NCBI GenBank assembly: GCA_963783575.1
Contig: CAWAOD010000016.1
Coordinates: 64,001 to 128,000, forward strand
DNA length: 64,000 bases
Direction of reading: 5' to 3'
Source: an uncultured Spirochaetota bacterium
GTDB taxonomy: Bacteria; Spirochaetota; Brevinematia; Brevinematales; JAOACQ01
The translations under genes and the position numbers were made by a program. Shown here piece by piece: positions 53,673 to 62,535 of the stretch (the first letter of the stretch is position 1; the number at the start of each line of letters is the position of its first letter). The notes beneath the pieces were generated by a model. That model did not search any database. It saw only the letters and a program-made list of their open reading frames with translations, and was not told the origin of the DNA.

Positions 53673-53709
53673 GTTGTACGAAGTTTGGCTGCCAATGTTT
53701 AACTAATAA

Positions 53710-54537
53710 CTATTTTGAAATAACAGTTACATCTTTATCTAAATTTTCGAATACATAATCTATATTGGAAGTAAATTCATTATATTGATCATTTTTCTCA
53801 ACATCGAAAATTACGATAATTAAAGAATCAAAATATTTTACATGTCTAACTGTTTGACCAAATAATCTATCATATTCTTGGAAATTAGGTGATTTCTTTA
53901 ATTCTATTGGATATTTATCATTTATTATTAAGTCGGCCTTACTATCACCTTTTTCTTCACTAACTTTATATTTTAAATTTTCAAAATGACTTCTAAGTTC
54001 AACTTTATAACCTTCTTCTTGATTACGCTTACGTGCAGGAATCCATGAAATTATAATATCAACAATTTTATCATATTCATTCTTTTTAATTGGTTCATAA
54101 TTAGGAATATTTAAATCTGAATAATTTTGAATAATATTTATGACATCAAACCATTCTGTTTGATTTTTGTATTTTTCTAGAAATATTTTAGGAATCTCTG
54201 ACCAAATTAAATTGTGTGGCGCATGTGTAATACTGCTAGCTCTTGGTCTAATATTTTCATAACTCCAATCTGCTTGAGTTGGAAATTTATTTAATTTTCT
54301 ACATAATTCACCCCACTTTATAAAAATATTATCAGTTGGTGTTTTTTCATGGAAAAATGTATTAGGTGTATCTCCACATTCTATTTGTAACTTTGAAAAT
54401 GCATTACTACCAAATAAACTACCTAAAACCTGACTAGTAATTTTTATATATTTAAGAAAACTAACAGAATCTGGTTTTTTACCCATTTTTTGTTTAAGTT
54501 CAAGATATTTTCTTTTGCATTCTTCTTTGTCTATCAT
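53710..54537 (-). CDS. Hypothetical cassette protein: N-terminal helical repeats plus C-terminal PD-(D/E)XK-like nuclease
   Basis: Two LxxKxxKxP repeats; E....ADLII....IELKK motif then D...GQ..RH. Confidence 0.55.
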   Translation of the reverse strand: MIDKEECKRKYLELKQKMGKKPDSVSFLKYIKITSQVLGSLFGSNAFSKLQIECGDTPNTFFHEKTPTDNIFIKWGELCRKLNKFPTQADWSYENIRPRASSITHAPHNLIWSEIPKIFLEKYKNQTEWFDVINIIQNYSDLNIPNYEPIKKNEYDKIVDIIISWIPARKRNQEEGYKVELRSHFENLKYKVSEEKGDSKADLIINDKYPIELKKSPNFQEYDRLFGQTVRHVKYFDSLIIVIFDVEKNDQYNEFTSNIDYVFENLDKDVTVISK

Positions 54538-54581
54538 AAATCACCTCAAAAAATTAAACTAAATGCTGGCAGCCAAATTTC

Positions 54582-54944
54582 GTACAACGGAGCGGCTATG
54601 CGACGTTTGCAAGCCTTAGCGCCAGCCCCGCGCGCTTAGGCTTGCAAATGTGGTGAGCCCGTAAACAATGACTTCTATTTTATTAATTATCATAGTCAAG
54701 TTGAACTCCTTTCTCTTTTTACCAAAAGCAAAAACGGGCGAACCCGAGGAGCGCAGGAAAAACTTTTCTCTTCTTCTCCGTTACGCCCTGAAAAGTTTTT
54801 TCGAGCACCGGAGCGTATAGCCGCTGTTGAGCCTGTAGAAAAAGCCCTTTTCTATAAAATTGCGAAATTATAATTCTATATTATATAATAAATTAATTTT
54901 CAGATATTTCTCAAAAATCCACTTTTCCTACAGGCTCGTTAGCT
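54582..54944 (-). repeat. Long attC-like site (about 251 bp without the MITE)
   Basis: aac-gg-agcggctatgcg pairs with cgtatagccgct-gtt with extrahelical bases; three internal hairpins. Confidence 0.8.
54829..54937. mobile_element. MITE (109 bp) with the same ends as the IS at 51956
   Basis: gagcctgtagaaaaag / cttttcctacaggctc (15/16); gtt duplicated at 54826-54828 and 54938-54940. Confidence 0.88.
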
Positions 54945-55002
54945 GATGGGCGCGGGAAAATCGGTACAATCAGCTAAGCCAAGGATGGCGATGTTTATTA
55001 TT

Positions 55003-56088
55003 TCAATCAAATGCATATTCACCGTTGTCTTTAACAAATGATGCGGCCACCTTCTCTGCTTTTACATCATCTTTTAAAATATATTTGCAATAATTATAAG
55101 TACTTTTTATGAAAGAATATATTCCACGACCATAAACATAGTCTGTATCATAAGTAGTCTTGATATTGTTCCTATTGCAATACTGTACAAGTTCCCAACC
55201 TGACATTTTATGATTTCTTTCAGATAAATATTCTGCTAATGAAACGATATTTTCTTTCCTTAAATCAAGATAATTATTATTTAATAATGAATCTATATTT
55301 AATGATTCTTTTTTTTTAATTTTTAATTTCTGCTTGATAAATAAATTAAGATTTGATAAGCTTTTCTCATATCCTATTTCCATATTTATCCAAGTAGGAT
55401 GAGCATGCCAGAAAATATGAGTCGAATCAATTTGACAATATTTTAAATGTTCATCAATGTCTTCAAAGTTAATTTTATCATCTGAAGTTAACTTAAAGTA
55501 ATTTTCGTCAAGATTCCAGTTTAAAATAACAATTATATCAGGTGATAAAGATTCAATTAAATAATGTACATTGTCCATTTTTTTAGAAAATGCTTTTACT
55601 TTATTATAATCATCCAATATAATATTTTGGTTATTTGGAATTTGGTCGTAAGGGCTAATAATATTAGTATTACCCCATACAAAACTACTTAAAATTTGAG
55701 GTATTTCATTATTTTTTAGTTTTTTCCAATCATTGATTTCATAAAATACAGCTAAAAATTGTAAAATATAATCCCAGAAACTTTTTCCAAAATTATTTGT
55801 ATAATTTAAAAATTCAAAATCATCAAAATCAACTTCATTCCTAAAAAGAGAATCAATTGAGCACTTATTAAAATGTTCAATAAAATCTTTCATAATACCA
55901 TAGCCTTTTGCATCTCTACCAATAAAAGCAATTTTATATTTTGTAAATGGATAACTTTTCCCAAAACTAGGAAGACAAGGTTCTGGTATCCCTGATAAAT
56001 TTAAATTTTCTATATCTAGCATAAATTGTTTTATCATTGGTAAATAAACATTAGTAAACTGATTTTTAATCTTCTCTAAATTTTCCAC
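55003..56088 (-). CDS. Hypothetical first-cassette protein, possible uracil-DNA-glycosylase-superfamily domain plus C-terminal domain
   Basis: GTG start with RBS aaggag; P.FGK.Y...KIAFIGRD, WGN, L.PDIIV and HAHPT motifs. Confidence 0.5.
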   Translation of the reverse strand: MENLEKIKNQFTNVYLPMIKQFMLDIENLNLSGIPEPCLPSFGKSYPFTKYKIAFIGRDAKGYGIMKDFIEHFNKCSIDSLFRNEVDFDDFEFLNYTNNFGKSFWDYILQFLAVFYEINDWKKLKNNEIPQILSSFVWGNTNIISPYDQIPNNQNIILDDYNKVKAFSKKMDNVHYLIESLSPDIIVILNWNLDENYFKLTSDDKINFEDIDEHLKYCQIDSTHIFWHAHPTWINMEIGYEKSLSNLNLFIKQKLKIKKKESLNIDSLLNNNYLDLRKENIVSLAEYLSERNHKMSGWELVQYCNRNNIKTTYDTDYVYGRGIYSFIKSTYNYCKYILKDDVKAEKVAASFVKDNGEYAFD

Positions 56089-56149
56089 AAAAATCTCCTT
56101 GCGGCAGGACGCCGCATCTTGTTCAAAACAAAAATCTCCCGTGCCTTTC

Positions 56150-56200
56150 AGCTAACTCGATATATACGCATTGCGTATATCATGCCATTTTGGCACTAAT
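56150..56200 (-). other. attI-like junction at the head of the array
   Basis: Minus strand G|TTAGCT core with no attC hairpin upstream; adjacent palindrome atatacgca-t-tgcgtatat (56162-56180). Confidence 0.55.
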
Positions 56201-56266
56201 TACACAGTTATTGAATTCATTGTTTAAAAACAATAAAACTTCCGGCCAACGGAGTGGAATAATTTA

Positions 56267-56296
56267 ATTATAGCATTTTAATTTATTGATTGTCAA
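56267..56296 (-). promoter_or_regulatory. Pc-like promoter firing into the cassette array
   Basis: Minus strand TTGACA-N18-TATAAT with TGn extended -10, about 110 bp upstream of the first cassette. Confidence 0.75.
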
Positions 56297-56909
56297 GAAG
56301 GCCATTCACAATCCCGCCGTGGTTTCCCGTAAATCTTAGGCTCAATGAAACAACCAGCTTAAATACTCCCCGCAGCATGAGTGCCATACAACCTCGTGTT
56401 GTTCGCCGAACTTTGGTTCGGCGGCCTGTGTGACAATAGTGAAGATATCATGGAACCTCCGTGTTCCATTGGTTGCTTGTGCTCACAGGTTTAGATAACA
56501 ATTCTTATCCCGTAGTGGTTTCCTGTTAGCATAGGATAAAGGATTAATTAAAGCTGAAAAAATCAAGCGCATTATCCACTTTCATAGGAAAAGAATTTCG
56601 AATGTGGTAAGCGCAGGATGTGCGTCAGCGGCGAATCAAAACAGGACGTTTTAATGAGTCGCTATTTTAGTAAATAAGAATATCAATTAATAATCGGATA
56701 ATGCAACTATTATTATCAGATATCTACGCTATGAAAACCACGTAGGGTGACTTTTCTTTTGGTCAATCAAAAGAAAAAGGACGAAAGCTCCTCCGCCATG
56801 GCTTTATGGCGATTTTCCGCTTTTAAGATAAAATACCTATTGTATTTTTAACATAATCAGTGTATGCTAATATCATAATTAAGAATTTTAAATTCAAAGG
56901 AGATTTTTT

Positions 56910-57773
56910 ATGACAATATTTATTCGCTTAACCGTGATTGTTTTAATATGCTGGGTATTCATTACCCCGGCATTCCCGATGGGCGGAAAAATTCAGAAAA
57001 TTCCCATGAAAACATACCCGAATATAGACATACCTGACGGTGAGTTTCTCCATTACGGTTATTATAACGGCGGTGAAAAAGAAAGCGACTATTATATGGT
57101 TACAAAAAAAATAACAAATGAAAAGGGTAAACTTTTGTACTGTACATACAGTCTGGAAAGACCGCTTTCCGGTAATATAAAACCGGCAAAAAAATATACG
57201 GAATGGCCGTCTTATATTTTGATCGATCCGGAACAGGGCTCGGTAATTGAATCCGAGTTAAATAACAACAATACCAATTCAAATGACCCGGACTCATCAA
57301 ATCCTTACTATAATATAGTTTACACGCATTATCAGATGTATACTGACAAGGGATACGTGGAATATATATCAAGGGTAAAAAACAAAAAAGAATTGACGGA
57401 AAGCAGGTACAGGGTTAACATAACTCCCGGTTTTCCATACTGGGACGGCCCGTCATTTTTTTATTTCCCGGCCCGTTTTATGGATATCCGGAGCCAGGGG
57501 ACAATGTTTTTAATAACGCCCGAGTACCTGAAAGACCCGATGCCTTTCTCCTTTAAATATGAAGCCGATGAAACAATCCGGACAAAAGCCGGTACTTTCC
57601 ATACAAAAAAACTAAGTGTTGTCACGGGCGATCCTTTCATAAGCAAGCTAAGCGAGCCACTGTTAAAGAGATTTGCAACCTGGATCGAGGATTCTGACAG
57701 AAGACTGGCTGTAAAGGTTCAGATCGCGTATGGTGGAGAGCTTGTGCTTGAGGAAATTTCAAATGTCAGATAA
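56910..57773 (+). CDS. Exported hypothetical protein (possibly DUF3108-like)
   Basis: Signal peptide; ETIRTKAGTF.T.K and WIEDSDRRL.VK motifs. Confidence 0.6.
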   Translation: MTIFIRLTVIVLICWVFITPAFPMGGKIQKIPMKTYPNIDIPDGEFLHYGYYNGGEKESDYYMVTKKITNEKGKLLYCTYSLERPLSGNIKPAKKYTEWPSYILIDPEQGSVIESELNNNNTNSNDPDSSNPYYNIVYTHYQMYTDKGYVEYISRVKNKKELTESRYRVNITPGFPYWDGPSFFYFPARFMDIRSQGTMFLITPEYLKDPMPFSFKYEADETIRTKAGTFHTKKLSVVTGDPFISKLSEPLLKRFATWIEDSDRRLAVKVQIAYGGELVLEEISNVR

Positions 57774-57802
57774 AAAGAAATGAATTATGCCCCAACAATC
57801 CT

Positions 57803-58117
57803 TTATTTTATGCTGTTAGCTACAAGTCCAATAATCAGCCCGCTGATTATACCGATGATGTTTATCGGCAGATAAGCCCTTGTGATTATAGATGTCGGAA
57901 GGCTTAAACCAAATCCTATTATCCCGCCGGCGATAACAGGGCTTACTCCAAGATTAACATTGGGAATGATCAGACCGACCATAAATCTTTCCAGAAAAGC
58001 CCCGAGGATCGCCTCTGTCTTTTTCCTGCTATCCTCGAATTTCATAGGAAGCATAATAACCGCGTCAAAAACTCCAAAAACAAGACCACAGATAACGCCT
58101 AAAAAAATCCTGTTCAT
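57803..58117 (-). CDS. Small integral membrane hypothetical protein
   Basis: 104 aa hydrophobic Gly-rich ORF, RBS aggagg. Confidence 0.75.
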   Translation of the reverse strand: MNRIFLGVICGLVFGVFDAVIMLPMKFEDSRKKTEAILGAFLERFMVGLIIPNVNLGVSPVIAGGIIGFGLSLPTSIITRAYLPINIIGIISGLIIGLVANSIK

Positions 58118-58168
58118 CCCTGCCTCCTAATTATCAGTTATTTTAAAGAAAGGACTTTAAATCAATTT

Positions 58169-58624
58169 TTATATCTTGTCTTTTCTGCCAAGTATTCTCT
58201 CGAATTTACTCAAGATAAGCCTGAAGTCTTCAGCTTTTTTGCTGAAATCATATCTCTCATCCTCAGGAATATCTTTTAGATGATGATAGATGAACATTTC
58301 AACATCTGAAAACTTGTTATGATAGCATTCGGACATAAATTCGGAATACAATTTCATCTCTGCTTCCGGGATTCTATTGGTGCCCGAAGAATCAACGGAA
58401 CATGTAAAAATGTGGCCGTAAAACAAAATACCGAGTTCGCTTTTTGCTAATGAATAAACAGGAATGTGCTGCTGATTGATTTTTGATAAGACCTTGTATA
58501 AATCCGCCGATGTTTCGGGGCTTAAAAATTTCATATTATCAAAGATTATTTCATTTTTATCTGTTTCACGGAAACTGATATCCTTATTAGCCGGACCGGT
58601 TTTACGGTCAATAAAATTATCCAT
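58169..58624 (-). CDS. Hypothetical protein
   Basis: 151 aa ORF with RBS gaggt. Confidence 0.65.
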   Translation of the reverse strand: MDNFIDRKTGPANKDISFRETDKNEIIFDNMKFLSPETSADLYKVLSKINQQHIPVYSLAKSELGILFYGHIFTCSVDSSGTNRIPEAEMKLYSEFMSECYHNKFSDVEMFIYHHLKDIPEDERYDFSKKAEDFRLILSKFERILGRKDKI

Positions 58625-59018
58625 TTTAACCTCAAATAAAATTATATTATATAAGTTATTATAATCATTATTATTAAAAAAATAAAGTTATTGACAGGCT
58701 GTAATTTTCTTTACTTTTAATGACTTAATTATTACTTTAAAATATTAATAAATATAATTATGACACTTCCCGTCTTTATATGAATAATAGATGATCCTCA
58801 AAAGATAATAAAAAGTGCTGATTGTTTCAAACAACACTGTTTTTTTTGATAAAAACAGATCATTATAAGGCTTTTTTAATATGCTTTTCTAATCATAACT
58901 TTTAATCTAACTTTTTTGTTCAATGTATTTTAAATTTATTAAATATAATAAAAGACTGAAATAGTGGAATAATTTTGCATTTTATTATAAAATCTTAAAA
59001 ATTCAGGACTGAATAAAA

Positions 59019-60389
59019 ATGAGATTATTAAATTTCTTCTTCGTTTTTTTATATATCTTTATTTATTGCCAGGTTTACGGCAATAAAACTCATGTTATCG
59101 AAAATGGAGTCCTTAATCTGTCGGATTGGAATTTTCAAAGAAACGGGACGGTTGAATTTATTCCCTTCCTGGAAGGAACTTCCGCCAGGTATGACAAAGC
59201 TGAGGATTCCGCAATATTTGATATAACAATAATCCTTCCCGCCGCAAAAACCATTTATATTCCGGAAAACCTTGCCGTAAAAATCCCACCGATCGACACG
59301 GAATATTGCTTATGGATAAATGATGAAATCGCCCTGTCAAACAGATTTGATTATATAAATCATTGGGTAGATGATTACCATAGAAAAACAGAGATAATAA
59401 GTTTTATTAATCACAACGAACCTTTTCATCTTATATTAAAAATCAGCCGGTTTTCCTATATTAAGTTGATAAGGGAGCCATTTCTGATAGGTACGGACAA
59501 ACAGATCCGGGAAATGAGACTGCAGAGTATGTTTAAAGAAGGCATGATAATCGGGGTATTTTTCTTTATTTTTATAATAAATCTATTTTTGTGGATTATA
59601 AACAGGAAACAATATTCCTTTCTGATTATTGGATTATTCTCGCTAATTGAGGCAGTTAATTTAATCGGAAGAGGCGAAACTGTCCGTTTTTTATCATTCA
59701 TTAACGACGACATATATTTAAAAACCCAGTTATTATTTCTTTATTCCAAATTATTATTGATCAGCTCATTTTTCTTATTTCTTTTTTATAAAAAGTCCAA
59801 TTTTTACGCTTATTGTATCTCTTCAGGAGTATTAATAGCTCTTTACCTGACATCCATTTTCCTTCCGGAGAAATATATAATATTATTCCTTTCTGTTTAT
59901 TATTTATTTTTATTAGTAATCCAGCTGTATTACCTTTCACAGGCAGTTTTACTGATGAAAAGCGAAAGAAAAAAGGCTTTTATATCTTTAATTTTAATTT
60001 CTGTTTTATTGGTTTCTTATTTTATAGATACAATAAATTACCATTTATACCTATTCAGCATAACGCTTATTTCTTACGGCTATAATTCAGCCTTAATTTA
60101 TGGTTTTATAGCATTCGCGATCGCTTATACTTATTATCTGTTCATAAACTTAAATATGAATGAAGCTATAAATATTTCTCTTGACAAGTTTGCTTCCGGG
60201 TACGGCTTGTCTCATAGAGAAACCGATGTTCTTATATATTTAATAAAAAGATACGGATATAAGGAAATTGCAAACAAACTTTTTGTATCTTATAAAACCG
60301 TTGAAACTCATGTTTATCATATTTACCAGAAAACCGGCGTCAGCAATAAAGAGGAATTGATAAATCTTCTGGAATCATATCAAAAATAG
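59019..60389 (+). CDS. 7TM-DISM-type membrane sensor fused to a LuxR-type HTH
   Basis: Signal peptide, NGVLNLSDW extracellular domain, ~7 TM helices, LSHRETDVL...YKEIANKLFVS.KTVETHV..IY.K. Confidence 0.85.
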   Translation: MRLLNFFFVFLYIFIYCQVYGNKTHVIENGVLNLSDWNFQRNGTVEFIPFLEGTSARYDKAEDSAIFDITIILPAAKTIYIPENLAVKIPPIDTEYCLWINDEIALSNRFDYINHWVDDYHRKTEIISFINHNEPFHLILKISRFSYIKLIREPFLIGTDKQIREMRLQSMFKEGMIIGVFFFIFIINLFLWIINRKQYSFLIIGLFSLIEAVNLIGRGETVRFLSFINDDIYLKTQLLFLYSKLLLISSFFLFLFYKKSNFYAYCISSGVLIALYLTSIFLPEKYIILFLSVYYLFLLVIQLYYLSQAVLLMKSERKKAFISLILISVLLVSYFIDTINYHLYLFSITLISYGYNSALIYGFIAFAIAYTYYLFINLNMNEAINISLDKFASGYGLSHRETDVLIYLIKRYGYKEIANKLFVSYKTVETHVYHIYQKTGVSNKEELINLLESYQK

Positions 60390-60435
60390 CCCATTTCTTT
60401 ACAAAACCAGTTGTGTTAGCTAAATCCTAATTCAA

Positions 60436-60520
60436 ATCAGTGGAAATCCCTGATCTTTAAAATTACTTTCAGTGTATTTTCCTGATACATAATTGTAAAA
60501 AATCAGTGATTTTACCTGAT
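60436..60520. promoter_or_regulatory. Three 19 bp operator-like boxes (ATCAG-N9-CTGAT)
   Basis: atcagtggaaatccctgat 60436, ttcagtgtattttcctgat 60468, atcagtgattttacctgat 60502. Confidence 0.65.
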
Positions 60521-60871
60521 TTCGATTTATTAATTTTATATTAAAATTATTTTGAATATTAAACTAAAAAAGGATTTTTAAGATGAATCTGAATAAAATT
60601 ATAATTTTAATTTTATCTTCAGTTTTTTTAGTTGCTTCAATAATTATAAGAGAGTTTCTTATGATCAGTTCGATTTTGTTTTTAATAGGTATAGTAGGAA
60701 CATTGTATATAATAAAAGGAATTTGATTATATAATAAAGAAGGCGGTAATTATGACTAATTATTTTTTATCGGATATTGCTGGGTTTAAATATTTGTTAT
60801 ATTCAATATTGATATTTTTAATATGCATAATTTATCTATCATACAATAGATTATTTATCAGGAGGTAATCT

Positions 60872-62176
60872 ATGAATCTTATAAATAAAAAGAATTTTGC
60901 AATACTCTTAACCGGAACCATACTGGCGGTATTATTAACCGGGTGTACATCCCTGGAAAATCTAAAGAAAGCACAGGCTGATAACTATAACCTTCAGCAG
61001 CAGCTGAATGCGGAATCTGACCAGATCACCGATCTTCAGAGCAGGACAAGACAGCTTGAGCAGTCGCTTGCAGATAAACAATCGGAACTGGACAACAGTA
61101 CAAAAAAGCTCACCGACCAGTTTAATACTGTAAACGGCCGGCTTGCGGATATTACATCCGAGAGGGACAACCTTCTGAAATCGAACAAGGACCTGCAGAC
61201 TTCACTGTCGGCAAAAAGCGATGAACTCTCAAAAATGATAGCAAAGCTGAACGGGGATAACCAAATCTTACAAAGCCAGGTTATTCAGCTGAAAGCGGAC
61301 AATAAAAACGCTTCCGATAAGATAGATTCCCTTTTAAGCGATAATAATGCTTTGAAACAGCAGCTCGCCGACCAGCAGAAAAGCATAGACGACCTTAAAG
61401 CTACAGCCGACAGGGTATATAACCTGGAGAATTATAACAATGATTTGAAGCAGCAGCTTGACGCGCTCCAGGTCAGGTATAACAATGAACTTTCTATGTA
61501 CGGGGATTTATCCAACGCTAATAATGAACTGAACAAGGCTATCAGCTCGAAAAGCGAGGAATTATCTCAGACTATCGCAAAACTGACGAAGGAAAACGAA
61601 ACCCTTTCGGCGGAAAACGACGCCTTGAAGAAGACAGCCGACGAACAGCTTGCCGCGGCCGAGAGGGAAAAAGCGAGGGTTGAGGAAACATACAAGCAGG
61701 CTCAGGAACAGCTAAAGAATGAAATCGCCCGGGGCGAAATAGAAATTCAGAACATAAAATCGGTGCTTACGTTTAACATAGCCGAAAGAGTATTCTTTGA
61801 TTCGGGCGACGCTGCGATCAAAGCCCAGGGTAGGGATGTACTGAAAAAACTTGGGAACCTTGTAAATAAACTGCCTGAAAAGCTTGTCCGTGTCGAGGGG
61901 CATACGGATAATGTGCCGATAGGCGCGAATCTTCTTGGGAAATATCCCTCCAACTGGGAATTATCGGCTGCGAGGGCGATCAATGTTATCCGCTTCCTTC
62001 AGGATAGGACCGGTGTAGATCCGTTGAGGCTCGTACCTGTAGCGTATTCGGAATACCGTCCGATAGCTTCAAATGATAATCCGGAGGGGAGGTCGAAGAA
62101 CAGGCGTATTGAAATATTGTTGGTCGATAAAGAATACAATCAGTTAATCCAGAAAAAAGAATTAGCAGGTAACTGA
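60872..62176 (+). CDS. Lipoprotein with long coiled coil and OmpA/MotB-like peptidoglycan-binding domain
   Basis: LTGC lipobox; FDSG.A, VEGHTDNVP, NWELSAARA, NRRIEI. Confidence 0.9.
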   Translation: MNLINKKNFAILLTGTILAVLLTGCTSLENLKKAQADNYNLQQQLNAESDQITDLQSRTRQLEQSLADKQSELDNSTKKLTDQFNTVNGRLADITSERDNLLKSNKDLQTSLSAKSDELSKMIAKLNGDNQILQSQVIQLKADNKNASDKIDSLLSDNNALKQQLADQQKSIDDLKATADRVYNLENYNNDLKQQLDALQVRYNNELSMYGDLSNANNELNKAISSKSEELSQTIAKLTKENETLSAENDALKKTADEQLAAAEREKARVEETYKQAQEQLKNEIARGEIEIQNIKSVLTFNIAERVFFDSGDAAIKAQGRDVLKKLGNLVNKLPEKLVRVEGHTDNVPIGANLLGKYPSNWELSAARAINVIRFLQDRTGVDPLRLVPVAYSEYRPIASNDNPEGRSKNRRIEILLVDKEYNQLIQKKELAGN

Positions 62177-62218
62177 TGATGAAGAAGTAAGCTTTATAAA
62201 TAGTATCCCCGATTAGTT

Positions 62219-62390
62219 AACAAGTATGTGGACATTCCTCCTTCATCCTGCACCGCTCAATTTGCGGTGCAGGATTTACTTAGGTAATTTTTGGCAAGTA
62301 AAAAATGAGTATAATACCCATATACTCCAACAGCTACATGGATTTTCCTCCTTCATCCTGCGCCGTCGAAAAATTGCGGCGCAGGATTGA
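62219..62390 (+). repeat. Two tandem ~60 nt units, each ttcctccttc followed by a GC hairpin
   Basis: ttcctccttcatcctgcaccgc..gcggtgcaggatt and ttcctccttcatcctgcgccgt..gcggcgcaggatt. Confidence 0.7.
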
Positions 62391-62535
62391 TTTGTTTTTA
62401 TTATTCTATATTAAGTTTATATCTAAAATTTCATTCAATATAAAATGATTGAATTGACCTATTACAAGATTTATTTGTTGTTTTTTTTGAGGTATTTTGC
62501 AGGATTCAGTATAATTATCTATCAGGGAGATTATC

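Noticed and set aside
46994..56200. CRISPR array
   Set aside because: Repeats are 100-250 bp, separated by whole genes, and no cas genes are present
56200..56900. Integron integrase gene
   Set aside because: No ORF of suitable size and no tyrosine recombinase motifs seen
60872..62176. Flagellar stator motB
   Set aside because: Has a lipobox and long coiled coil instead of the MotB TM helix with its conserved Asp, and no motA is adjacent
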